A DNA stretch of 63,733 nucleotides, counting the filler, from Octopus bimaculoides (Eukaryota): NCBI RefSeq assembly GCF_001194135.2. It is 9 parts of 7 records of this genome, joined end to end, with 100 filler letters (N's around TTAATTAATTAA, not from the genome) between each part and the next. Parts side by side here need not be neighbours in the genome. Positions count along the whole stretch, not along the records: positions 1 to 14,608 come from NC_068991.1; 8 more parts are not named here. One strand, written 5' to 3'. Below, piece after piece: positions 1 to 11,904 of the stretch; the stretch's first letter is position 1, and each line of letters starts with the position of its first letter. The translations under genes were made by a program, and so were the position numbers. Under the pieces are notes generated by a model that was not told where the DNA came from, did not search any database, and saw only the letters and a program-made list of their open reading frames with translations.

Positions 1-2025
1 GAGTGATTATCAGATGACATTTTGAAATGGGGTTACATGCCCGAACCGCTAGGCCTCTTCAGAGATTCACAAAGGGTTTCATACAAATGTAGAGCAAGAG
101 GCAAAAACAGAAGTGTGGTAGAGACCAGAAGAAAAACAACAGCAAAAATAAGATAGAAATAAAAATAAAAAATAGAATTAAAATCAAAATCAAAATAAAA
201 ATAAGGGTACAGCAGGAAAAAAAAAATATAATAATAAAGAATACATAAATGAAAAATGAAGGTATAGCATGTGAGACATGCAAAAATATAAAAAAGTTAT
301 ATGTAAAAAAACCCTTAAAAATACAAGGCACACAAAGAGCCTACAAACTGTAACCTAAATACCGGACTACATGAGCCGTATATAATAGAAAATTCTAATA
401 TAAGGTATATAAATAGTTCTAGTAACCACCCCCCGCAAATGAAGAAAGCACTTCTTCTGAATATAAGCAAAAGGATTTCTCCTCCAATGAAGAGATATTC
501 AATAAACATAAAGATAGATACAATGTAGTGCTAAAAAATGCAGGGTATAGGGATAGGATAAAATACATCCCCAATGGCAATAGTAACCAGAATGATATAG
601 ATGAAACAACCACACCTGAGAGAGGGTGCTATGCAAAATGTAGCACGGCCAATAGCAGGGATAGCACGGCAAATGGCAGGGATAGAGACAAAAGTATAGG
701 TAATAATAATGGTTGTCGTAATAATAGAAATACTTGGTACGCCAATAGTAGGGGTGATGGTGATGTTGGAGGCGGCAATAAGAAAAACATCATGTATGGG
801 CTGAGACAACCAGTGCGGAATGGTGGTAACGGAGACGGTGGGAATAAAATCATTACTGATAGAATTGCTAGTGATAGAGATAATATAGATGGCACGGATG
901 TAAACGATAGTGAACGAAATAATAACTTCAAAAACAATAATTGTAATAGGAATAACAGCGGCAGAAACGGTAACGGGAAGAGTAATACTAATTCCAATGT
1001 TAGCAGTTATAATATTGGTAGATCCACATATAGCATAGGCAACCCTTATAAAGACAAAGCTGGGGAGGACACCCTATGGCTAATAATTCCCTTCGCCATG
1101 CAGATTAAAAACGACATAGTAAAAAGTATCTTTAATATAATCAATAAACACTTTGTAAAGGGAAAGAATAAATATTGGGAGTCAATCAATAAAAGGACAA
1201 TAAGAATAGGATATAGCTTAACGCACAACCTGGCTGCAATAATCTCCTCAATTAACAATAAGAAGTTGGATAGCTTCTATACAAGTAGGAAAAATGGAAT
1301 AGACAACACAACCTTATATGACAACTGTGTTAGCCATAGGACGGATAATCAGGACGATAACAATGTGGATACTAATACCCACACTGGAAACATTGACTGA
1401 TGATAGGAGCAGTAATGATAATGATATGAATATCACAAGTAGCAATAGAAGTATTAGATATAGCGGAGGTAAGAATCCTAACACTGCTAACAACAATAGT
1501 AATGGGAATAACAGAGCCCTGGGGTTAAATGGAAGCACAATAAATGGCAGTAGCATAACAAATCCTAACACTAATCACACTAACTATGGGCACCTAGGTA
1601 GAACTTGCAATTGTAGAGTAAAGGAAAGCTGCATGTTCGGAAATAGCTGCATGAGAAGGGAAGTGGTATACCAATGTGTGGTAAACACAAAATATGAAAA
1701 CAGGGCATACGTGGGTACGACTAAAAATAGTATGAAACAAAGGTTTAATTATCACAACTACACATTTAGGAACGGGAACAGAAGGAATTCTACCGGATTA
1801 AGTAGCTACATATGGGAACTAAAGGATAAGGGCATCAACTTTAACTTGCACTGGAAAATATTAGCATCCACACATGCATATAATAACAAAAATAGGAAAT
1901 GCTTATTATGCATAAATGAAATCTTTTTCCTAATTAGGACCAAAATCCCAATTATTAATAGTTTGAAGGAAAGAAACGTTTCATGCCTTCACAGAATTGG
2001 ATGTACTTTCTCTAAATTCAAGTAG
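1..2025 (+). mobile_element. Penelope-like retroelement (RT C-terminus, thumb, linker, GIY-YIG endonuclease), frameshifted; 5' end lies outside the window
   Basis: Translations give LGLFRDS (~50-70; decayed GLYRDD RT motif), LNTGLHEPYIIENSNIRYINSSSNHPP and ISKRIS/SSNEEIFNKHK..LKNAGY (thumb), and WLIIPF..IINKHF..NKRTIRIGYS..NLAAIISSINNKKL. They continue with CNCR..C..GNSC..VVYQC..AYVGTT..KQRFNYH..LSSYIWELKDK..WKIL..C..C..E..INSLKER..C.HR (PLE GIY-YIG). Frameshifts near 478 and ~1390. Confidence 0.9.
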
Positions 2026-3054
2026 AACTCAGGTCTAGATACTGCGCATGTTTTAAATAATACATATTTAAGTTAACCACTATTCTTATGCTAGGTTATG
2101 GCATATGTAATTCTGTTTTCTACATACATATATCTAATATAAGAAAATACCTAGTACTAGGACACCGCTTTTCGCTAGCGATAACTAATTATACCCTGCT
2201 GACATTGGGATGGCTAACACTTGATACTTAAGTGAACATATATGTGGGTACATAGATGTGCATGTGTATGTATATATATATATGTATATATATGTATATT
2301 TGTGTATGTGTATATGTGTGTGTATGTATGTGTGTGTGGGTGTGTATTTATATATAGCTACAGAAATTAGGAGGNNNNNNNNNNNNNNNNNNNNNNNNNN
2401 NNNNNNNNNNNNNNNNNNNNNNNNNNNNNNNNNNNNNNNNNNNNNNNNNNNNNNNNNNNNNNNNNNNNNNNNNNTAATCAGATTTAGATTCAGTTGAATT
2501 ACGTACTTAAATTGAGGCACTTTGTTAGGTCACAATAATTTGCACACCCAAACAATATTAAGTGAATATCAAACTTGGTAGAGAAATGCCAGCACCTGAT
2601 ATTTTTGCAGCGTATGCAGATAATACGACCCAGCTGAGTAAAGAGATCTGCTCTTGGCTATTCAGATATGCACTTTATATTAAAATACTTTTTATAATAT
2701 TTCCAAAGCGCAGATTCCAGGATAGGTGAATAAAATATGAATGAGTAACATAGGGGTAAAGGTATCAATTCATTATGATCATTTCAAGCAACTCCTTTAA
2801 CTGATAAATGAAAACATTACATCATTGCAAAGAAACTGTTTTCATCAAATGACTGCATGAACTTCAGACATAAAGGACAATTCAACTGATTAACATGGTC
2901 ACAATTCTACAGAGTCAAATATTTACACTGATTCTGCTGCTATTTCGTTGGCAGAATGAATTCACCAAATATTTTGTATCTTGTCAGAACAAATAGAATT
3001 TAGAGAATAGTAGAGGTTATAGTAGGGGGAGGGAGTAATTGAAATCAATGACCC

Positions 3055-3177
3055 AGTTACCCATACCTCAAAAACAATTGAGGGCGGATTCTCTCCAACT
3101 GTCTAGAATACATGTACAACTCCCCTAAGACAGTTGGAGACAATCATCCCTCTGTTATTTTTGAGGTATAGGTAACT
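3055..3177. repeat. Short palindromic (hairpin/MITE-like) element
   Basis: Arms of ~50 nt (GTTACCCATACCTCAAAAACAATTGAGGG..TCTCCAACTGTCT / AGACAGTTGGAGA..CCCTCTGTTATTTTTGAGGTATAGGTAAC) are imperfect reverse complements around a ~23-nt loop. Confidence 0.75.
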
Positions 3178-3489
3178 TTCCTCTGTAGCAGAAAACTCTC
3201 ATACCTCCACCACTAGCGCCAGAAGGCTCTCATAGCTCTCACTACCGGTAGTCTCATCCACATTACTGCATGTTCAAAAGGAGACTGTATTACTTATGTA
3301 GTCAATTAACAAACCCCCTATTTCCTCGCTACTTATAACAAATTAACCAATTTGCTGTTTTAGTGAATTACTTATCCATTTATATTTGTATCAATAGTGC
3401 TTATATTAACAATGCTTGAAATTACATTCACCTCCAATAGGAGCTGCAAATTTTTACATGAACGAATCTTTTTCCACTTCCTCAGTGTT

Positions 3490-3591
3490 GGCACTGTCAA
3501 TGTAGGCACATTGAAAGGTAGGTCTGGTGAGATTGTTGAGATGCTTGAACAGAGGCATATTGATGTTTGCTGAATTCAAGAAGCAAGGTGG
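3490..3591 (+). mobile_element. Fragment of LINE apurinic-endonuclease N-terminus (RTE-type)
   Basis: GTVNVGTLKGRSGEIVEMLEQRHIDVC*IQEARW matches the APE motifs 'NVxTL' and 'D(I/V)xxIQExRW'. Confidence 0.75.
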
Positions 3592-4962
3592 CCAGCCCAG
3601 CACAATTGTGATTGTATAAGGAAGCTCTCAATTCCATCGATCTTACACTTGCTAAACAAGCTGGCATTTGAAACTCTGTCTTTTAGTGAATAACCGCAGT
3701 CTTTGTAGAAGATGTCTAGTTGATTAATGTGTTGTCTATAGGATATCCACAATTCTGAGCCATACAAGAAAGTACTAAGAATGGCTGCTTTATAGACCTG
3801 TATTTTGATGTCAAGTTTGATGCCCCTTTTATTCTATAGGTAATGACAGAGTTTGTCAAATGCGTTGGTTGCCTTTGCAAGACTGTTGACGATTTCATCA
3901 TCAAGGGAAGCACTCAAATTCACTTTACTACCAAGATATGTAAATGACTTCACATAATTTTGGCTTTTCCCATCAACCTGTATAGGAGTGTCAGGAAAAT
4001 TGTGAACTGGTAGCCTCTGCTTGACACGTCGAATTTGTTTAGGAGTAGGGTAAGGTTGGTGGATTACTTCTGTCTTCTTTATGCTGATGGTCAAACCAAA
4101 GGCTTTACATGCAGCAGAAAACCGGTCTAGAAGTTCCTAAGCATCCTCTGGAGAGGTTGCTACTAGTGCAGCATCATCTGCAAAAAGTAGATCATGAATG
4201 TACTTGTGCATATCAGTGTTCTGGCTTTGAAACGCTGATTATTGAATAGTCCACTTGTTCAAAACTGGAATTTGACCCCACTTTGTATGTTGCCAAAAGC
4301 ATACCTCAGTATCACTGAAAAGAAGAGTGCAAACAAAACAGAAGCCATAACACAGCCTTGGTTTGTTCCATTTGTGATGTCGAAGGAAGCCAAAGATTGC
4401 CCACTGGACATGACAGCAGTCTTCATTCCCTCATGAAAGGAGATGATAACATTCAACATCTTGTCAGATATACCAAGCTATTTCAGAACTTTTCAAAGTG
4501 CTTGCCAATTAACAGTGTTGAAGGCCTTAGTAAGGTCAACAAATATCAAGAACAACTCTTGATTTTTCTCACGGACCTTCTCCATGACCTGTCGGAGGGA
4601 AAAGATCATGTCGATAGCACCACAACCAGAGCGAAATCCACACTGATTCTGGATAGATATCATTTACAACATGTTTGATGATCCTGTCAAGAATGAGTCG
4701 AGCAATGATCATACCAGCAATAGACAAGCGATATTCTATGGCAACACTTCTGTTGCCTTTGTTCTTATACAGATGTTGAATTGAGGCATCCTTGAAGTCC
4801 TGTGGTACACGGCTTACCTTCCAGATGTTTATGAAGAGGTCATGCAGTTTCTTAAAAAGCTTCTGTCCACCATGTTTGTAAATTTTAGGAAGAATAGCAT
4901 CCTTGCCAGGTGCCTTACCAGAAGTCATCTCTTTAACAGAGTTTACCACTTCCAGAAAGGTT
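3592..4962 (-). mobile_element. RTE (BovB-like) LINE reverse-transcriptase remnant
   Basis: GKAPGKDAI, IWKVSRVPQDFKDASIQHLYKNKG, QCGFR, FVDLTKAFNTV, GTNQGCVMASVLF, FADDAAL, FGLTISIKKTEV, FTYLGS and QLCWAGHL are present in broken frames. Confidence 0.92.
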
Positions 4963-4979
4963 GGCTCCAGAGACATATG

Positions 4980-5350
4980 TATGTATGTATTCTTCTGCGT
5001 ATTCACATGTCTGCTTATTCACGTGTGTGCGTGCCTGTGTGTTTGTGTATGTATGTATGTGTGTGTGTGTGCATATGTTTGTGTATGTACTTCTGCTTTC
5101 TTGTGAATGCTTGAGTGGGTCTATGTGTATGACTGTGTGTGTATGCATGTGCACCTGATGTGTATGCATGTGTGCCTATATATATGTCTGTATGTGTATA
5201 TGTGTATGTGCGTAGTGTCTGTGGGTATAATCATGTGTTAATGTGTGTGTGCTTTTCTGTGAATGTGTACTACCTATGTACCTACCTACCTACCTACCTA
5301 CCTACCTATTTACCTACTTATGTACCTACCTATGTACCCACCTATCTATC

Positions 5351-5392
<42 letters not shown>

Positions 5393-5750
5393 CTTACTTT
5401 CTTATTTACCTACCTATTTGCTTGCCTATCATCTCACCTATCTACTTACCTACATAATTAACTGAATAACTAACAATCTATATAACTAAGCTAACCACCT
5501 AAAACCTTTCTACTTACCTATCAACCTTCTTACTTATTTACCATACACACACACACTCCACGCACACATGGATACACAGACATATATGGGCACACATGCA
5601 TACACAAAAGGTACATGTGCATACACACACAAACTCATATACATAGATACACACAAGCACGCACGTACACACAAGGAAACAGAAACATACATACACAAAC
5701 ACACAAGCATGCACCCACACACACATATGAATACACAGAATACATACACA
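4980..5750. repeat. Inverted pair of complex GT/AC-rich repeats around (CCTA)n/(TCTA)n microsatellite
   Basis: 4980-5225 and the reverse complement of 5545-5750 share ordered non-periodic motifs (GTATGTATTC..GTATTCA.ATGT; TGTGTATGCATGTGTGCC.ATATATGTCTGT). Confidence 0.6.
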
Positions 5751-7012
5751 CAGGGGTTGGACAAAATAATGGAAACATCTAGCATCATCGCATCATAATT
5801 TTGAAATATCTATAAAACCGTCACAAGCTCATTTATTTTTATGTTTTTTGATTTATTATTAGTGCTGCTTAATATGTCTTGCTAAAATTGCTGTTTTTTT
5901 CCAGATATCATCAGAAAAAGGTAATTAAAATTCATTAAAATGACAGAGCTATTGGACTTTCAAAGAAGTCAAATTGTTGGTGCTCATGTAGCAGGTGCTA
6001 GCATAACAAAAACAGCCGAAATGTTTGGTATATCAAGAAGTACTGTCTCAAAAGTAACAACAGCCTTTGAGAAAGAGGGAAAAACCTCCTCATAGAAACA
6101 AAACTCCAGAAGAAAACCAAGACTTTCAGTTAGGGACCATCAAACTCTTACCCAAATTGTTAGAAAGGATCACAAAAGTACTGCTCCCAAAATTACTGCA
6201 GAGCTTGAGAACCCAGTTTCCACAAAAACTGTTCACCGGGACAAAGCCAGATTTCATGGAAGGGCTGCAATCAGAAAAGCACTACTTTCAAAAAGAAACA
6301 TTGCAAAGCATTTAGAGTGGAGTAAGAACCTACAGAATTGGTCCCTAGAGCAGTGGAAGAATGTTATTTTCTCAGACAAGTCATCCTTTACCTTATTTCT
6401 GACCACTGGCCAAGTATATGTGTGGAGACAGCTAAAAGAAGCATTTGACCCAGATTGCATTCTTCCAACTGTTAAACATAGAGGAGGATCTGTGATGATC
6501 TGGTGGGGGGGGGGCTATGTCTTGGAAATATGGCAGCCTAATGGTTTTCCTTCATGGCAGAATTAATAGTCAAAACTATTTAAGCATTTTTATCTGATCA
6601 AATTCATCCTATGGTTGCAGAACTGTTTCCGGAGGGAAACACAATCTTTCAGGATGATAATGCACCAATTCACACAGCTAAAGTTGTTACTGAATGGCAT
6701 GAGGAACATTCTAGTGAAGTTGAACATCTTATCTGGCCACCACAGTCCCCATATCTCAATATTATTGAACATTTATGGTGCATTTTAGTAAAACAAGTAA
6801 GGAGTCAATATCCTCCACCATCATCACTACAAGAACTGGAGACTGTTTTAGCTGAAGACAGGACAAAAATTCCTTAGGAAACAATTCAAACTTTGTATGA
6901 GCCCATACTTTGTAGAATTCAAGCTGTAATTACTACCAAAGCGGTCCTACCCCATATTAAAATAAATTTGTTTGAAATTTTAAGGTGTTTCCATTATTTT
7001 GTCCAACCCCTG
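5751..7012 (+). mobile_element. Full-length Tc1-like DNA transposon (1262 bp), inactivated
   Basis: 27-bp perfect TIR CAGGGGTTGGACAAAATAATGGAAACA at 5751-5777 and 6986-7012. TA on the right flank, CA on the left flank. Transposase remnant inside. Confidence 0.95.
5940..6960 (+). pseudogene. Tc1-like transposase pseudogene, DD36E spacing
   Basis: MTELLDFQRSQIVGA..TKTAEMFGISRSTVSKV (HTH), WKNVIFSDKS, TVKHRGGSVMIW, IFQDDNAPIH..WPPQSPYLNIIEHLW. Contains internal stops and frameshifts. Confidence 0.9.
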
Positions 7013-7404
7013 TACATACATATATACATGCATACACAAGCAAATGCACACACACACACACACACACACACAAAACAAGGTCTCAAACAGACAAACAAGG
7101 CCTCTGTAACAGACTAAGATGAAAGTCATTGAAAAGGTAGCAAGTAGCAACGAAAGAGTTTTGACAAACAAAAACAAAACAAATGACATACTGTTTAATC
7201 AAATTAAACAAACAATCAATTAGTTGGACATTTAACCAATTGACTAATAATAAAGGAGTAGAATTGAACCAGTTTCACATATGCACTGTAATATTTGTGC
7301 CTTCATTGACTTGTCTGTGCCTACTCAGCTGTTTTCCTGACTCAATGCACATCAGATGTCTAATCATGTTCTCTACACCCTGCAACTTAAACTCTGTTCG
7401 ATCC

Positions 7405-7421
7405 CAGTATCATCATCATCA

Positions 7422-7466
<45 letters not shown>

Positions 7467-7505
7467 TCGTCTAACGTTCTCCTTCCATGCTGGCATAAGT
7501 TAGAC
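7405..7505 (-). mobile_element. SINE 3' tail with expanded (GAT/GAC)n tract
   Basis: Reverse complement reads ..CCAGCATGGAAGGAGAACGTTAGACGATG(ACG)n(ATG)n, the same tail as the copies at 14940-14990 and 28000-28085. Confidence 0.65.
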
Positions 7506-7879
7506 ATAAAACAATGAATCATGCACTGATAGCTATATAGGAAAACAACAGAATGCTCCTGCCTACCTTTTGCATCATGCTAAGAAAAGTAATTCAAATA
7601 TTATGATAATTAGCAGTGTTTGTTGTCATTAGTTTAGGTAACAGTGGCAGTAGTGACAACATCACTTGATGGCAATTGCTCACATTAATACATCAAATCA
7701 TAGAGTATATTTTGTTATTTTTAATATCAATCCATAAACATATCGTTTACCATCAACTCCTTACTACAAACAACTACCACCATCCATTAACTGACACCTT
7801 ACCAACATTATTGCCATTACAGATCTCAAAGTTGGTAAATGTGTGTGTATGCATGTCACAGTTTCCTCTTCCCCCCCTC

Positions 7880-7898
7880 TTCTCTGTCTGTCTGTCTT

Positions 7899-7942
<44 letters not shown>

Positions 7943-7962
7943 ACTATCTCTCTATCTATCTA

Positions 7963-8007
<45 letters not shown>

Positions 8008-8020
8008 GTCTGTCTATCTG
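7880..8020. repeat. Compound (TCTA)n/(TCTG)n microsatellite
   Basis: Directly visible tetranucleotide arrays. Confidence 0.95.
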
Positions 8021-8769
8021 CCTGCCACTCATCATCATCTTCACCATCACAACAGGAAACAACTAGAGTTCTCATCTTTCATGAGCAAAATCTATGGAAA
8101 TTCCATACATAATTACAATATATAATTACAATATGCCCATGAATTCTGTCATTTCATTTTATCATTTCTTTTAAACAAATCCTGAATCACTAATTAACAG
8201 TGCTAAGGTAGATGGTACTAGAATTGATATGTTTGGAAGTCAAGTGGGAGATTAATGCTTCAAATTTTCTGTTACTGATGATGTGTTCTAGCTAAGATAT
8301 TTAACTTTAAATGGACAAGTTCACCCATATAATGCAGGTTGTTGTTGCTATTGTTGTTTAGCCCCTAGGTCAGATCTATGATCAAAAGCATTTCAGCTAT
8401 GGCTACCCAATCATTTTCCTTTGTACAAGGATCCTTGGGTCATATCTTTTAAGATTGTAAGGATGTGATTTGAGAAAATTTGGTTATTTCTTGCAGGTGA
8501 TGGCTTCCTCATTATCTCATGGAAAGCTGGTGTCACAAGGTTGTATGACAATTCATCATTGCAAGCAGTGGTAGCACACTGGTTTATAACTGGTGTTTCT
8601 TTTGACTTGCAAATCCAAGCACACTTCTTCACTTAGAGAAATTTAATTATGATGTCCTAGGGAAGATTTGTCTCTCATTTGTTTAACACTAGGGCAACTG
8701 CAGATAAACAGTAGCTCATAAATCCTTGCTATCAGAGAAGGATTATCTAGTGACACCATTGCTGAAGTA

Positions 8770-10080
8770 TGTAACTGATATAATTGCTTTTTATATTTCC
8801 CGATAAGTCTGTGTAACCAAATGGAGAGGATACTGGATAAATAGCTTCATCCTCATCATAAATCTTTTAGATTGAGTGTTTTTTAGTGGATCTTCTCTGG
8901 TCCACCACTTCATTGTTTATAGATATTTCTTTCCCTCTCTGATACGATTTTCTTAGATGTTTGGCATCACTGTTGATTATCTTCAGTTTCCTTAGACTTT
9001 TTTTATCATTTTTCAGTTAATTTTTTTTGATAATTTTACATCCTGGGATGGAGGATATGTAAGTAGATTGCATGACAATCTTCAATGATGAGATGTCTAT
9101 CTGGCCTTAATTATCCAGATATTCCAGCACAGTCAAAAATAATTTAGAAACAGTCAGCTAGCAAAAGCAAGTTGGTTGAATGTGATAATTCTCCAGACAT
9201 GGTATACTTGTAATCCAGTGAAGATAACCCATTTTAAAGATTTCCAATTTATGTAGTTCCCTCTGGAGCAATGTTTAGTATTCCATACCATGCAACAAAC
9301 ATACAATTTAATGTCATGGAGTCAAAGTTAGGTACTGACTCCACCCCATAAAATAATGCCCCAGAGATAAAGAGATATATATTACTAGTACTTAATTTAC
9401 CAATTTATCAAACTGAGAAGTTGAAGATAAGAACAGCAAAATTTGAACTTAGAATTTCCAATTAATGAACAAAATAGCATCAACAAAAATAATAGCAACA
9501 ACAACAACTTCAAACAGCAACAACAATTACAACAGTAATGGATGAAATCAGTAATAATCTACATTAATGAACTCCACCCTGCCACCTTATTAAGAAGCAG
9601 GGTGTATTTCAGATCAAGTCTTCTGTCATGTAATCCAAGGGCAACAGGTATGCTGGTAGTAATTGTAGCAATGTGTTGGTTACAGCAGTAGTAGTAATAG
9701 TTGTGTAGTAGAGATAATTGTAATAATATCAGTGGTATGATAGTTATTGTTGCTGTTTGGCAACAATAAGTGCTGAATGATGCAGTTGTTTGACCTGCTA
9801 AAGATAGCAGCCAGATCCCCATACCATAAAAAAGAAAGGACACACTGGATAATGTAATCCTAGTTATACTATGCCTAAAAAAAAAAGCAAAGGCTTCAGC
9901 TGGTATACCTTTAATCCAGATTACAGCTGACCTGAAGATAAACGACATCATAAGAGAGGTGACATAAGGAGTCAAAATGATCCACCAAATAACACTCTAT
10001 TTAAAAGATTTATGATGAGGATGAAGCTACTTGTATCCTCTCCATTTAGTTAGACATAAAAAGCAATTATATCAGTTACA
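8770..10080. repeat. Inverted repeat pair (~100-120 bp arms, ~1.1 kb spacer)
   Basis: Reverse complement of 8770-8892 aligns to 9979-10080 (GATCCAC.AA..AACACTC.AT.TAAAAGATTTATGATGAGGATGAAGCTA..GTATCCTCTCCATTT..ATAAAAAGCAATTATATCAGTTAC) with two indels. Confidence 0.8.
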
Positions 10081-11904
10081 TTATATCACTTCCTAGGTAG
10101 AAGTGATAGACAGTTCAGCTAGATAGTTCAGAGGAATTGAAGCCATTGTAGTAGAGTAGGAAATCAGTGTGAAATGTTTCAGAATTAGTCTAGGATATTT
10201 CTATGTGTGACACAAACAGTACTTCATAAACAGCTTATTTATTTATTTATTTTGCTCAAAAAGTGTAAAACACAGCATGTAGGATTACCTTGAAGGTTTA
10301 ATTGCTTATTCTTCAACACAAGAAGGAATGAGGAATAGGATCCTTTCCTTGATATGAGTGTCTCTATGCTGTGAAAGGGACTAAATTGTTACATCATCCT
10401 TGAAAGATGTTTCAAGGCCTTTGTTTGTAGAGGATGTGCGGATTTGACAGGCAGTGTCTACCTTGCATTTGGATTGTGCTTGTGAGTCTTTCCTTATCAG
10501 GAAGGACAGAATCCATAATCCTTTACAAGGCCTCCAAGACAGGTGTATAGTGGAAGGTTAAGGGTAAATGAAGTGTGGGATCATCTTCATAAGAGTGAGC
10601 ATAGTTAGAAGTGACAACAAGTAGGCTGTTAATGAGATTTTGCAAAGATGAAAGTTAACTTTAGGACAAAGTGTTTGAGAGTCTTGGAAAAGATGTGGAC
10701 AAGATGGTGGCCCTGATGATTTGAAGGGACTATAACCATTTTCAGTTACCACGTATGTGCTAGTAGACTGGAGAAAAAAATATTTGAGTGTGTTCAGTGG
10801 GAAGTGGGAAGGAAAGTGGGTGGGAGTACTACTTCTTTGAGGACTGTCAAGTACCAAGGATTTGATAAAGTTGGTAAGAGGCTGAGAGGTGTTGGTATTT
10901 AAAATGTTAGTAATGAGGAAAGTGGATGACAGTGAGTAGGTTGTGGTTGTGTACATAGCTAATAATGAAGCTAGAGGAGATAGCTATTAGCTGTAGTGAT
11001 GGTGGCAGAATCATGTAAATAATACTATTTCCACCTCCACCCCACCCCTGGTTACCTCAAATACCACCACCACTAGCACATCAACAACACCAACACAATC
11101 ATTATTATCACTGTCTAGTAAGCAACAAAAGATAAACATCAAGTGATAGTTTATGGATTAAATATATCCAGATCTAGATTAAGCTGATTTCTGACAAAGT
11201 CATTCACGTGTTGTATTAAAAGCTATTCCTAAACATGTGTACATTTGTATGTGTATATATGTCTGCATGTGTGTATTTGCATTTGTGCACATGTACATAT
11301 ATATATAATTATATTAACATGCATGTATTTATATATAATTATATAAACATACACTCACACATAATTACAGAAACACACCCATCATGCATATATAATTATA
11401 TGTATCGTTTGATCTTGCTAGTGTCATTTTGCTAATAGACTCATATGCACTTTTTAGAATGTGTGAAAGTGAGTGTGTGGACATCTGAGTGTTTCATTTC
11501 GATTTAAGATTTTATTTTATTACTTGGTCAGTGTCTATGGGCACTGGTTGTGTGCATGTCTATGTGTTTGTGGATGTGTGTATGCACATATGTGCACGCA
11601 TATATATGTACAAACATGCAAGTGTCACTTTTTCATGTGCATTAGCTTTATTTTCAAAATCTAAGCATGTCATATTTGCAGGTTTGTGTATTTTACATAC
11701 CTTCTTTTACCTCAAGGAGATTCTAAATTTATCTACACACACACACATTTTCTCACACACCCCATAAACATACAACATATACACACCATGAACACCTCTT
11801 ATATAAATATAGGTGAATGTAAGTATATGTGGATGTAGGTGTGAAAATAAGTACATACCCTTTCAAGCTTTAATTAACAGTTCAAACATATTACATATGA
11901 AAAG

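Noticed and set aside
2026-2250. Hammerhead ribozyme downstream of the first Penelope ORF (also checked after 53000 and at 63370-63480)
   Set aside because: No CTGANGA..GAAA pair with a closable stem II on either strand by eye.
3490-4962. Twin-priming inversion of a single RTE insertion
   Set aside because: The + strand endonuclease piece abuts the 3'-most part of the minus-strand RT piece, the wrong side for twin priming. More likely two unrelated fragments.
10330-10960. Possible ancient Penelope/LINE remnant (ORF 10558-10956, minus)
   Set aside because: Only vague compositional resemblance; no motif I can defend.
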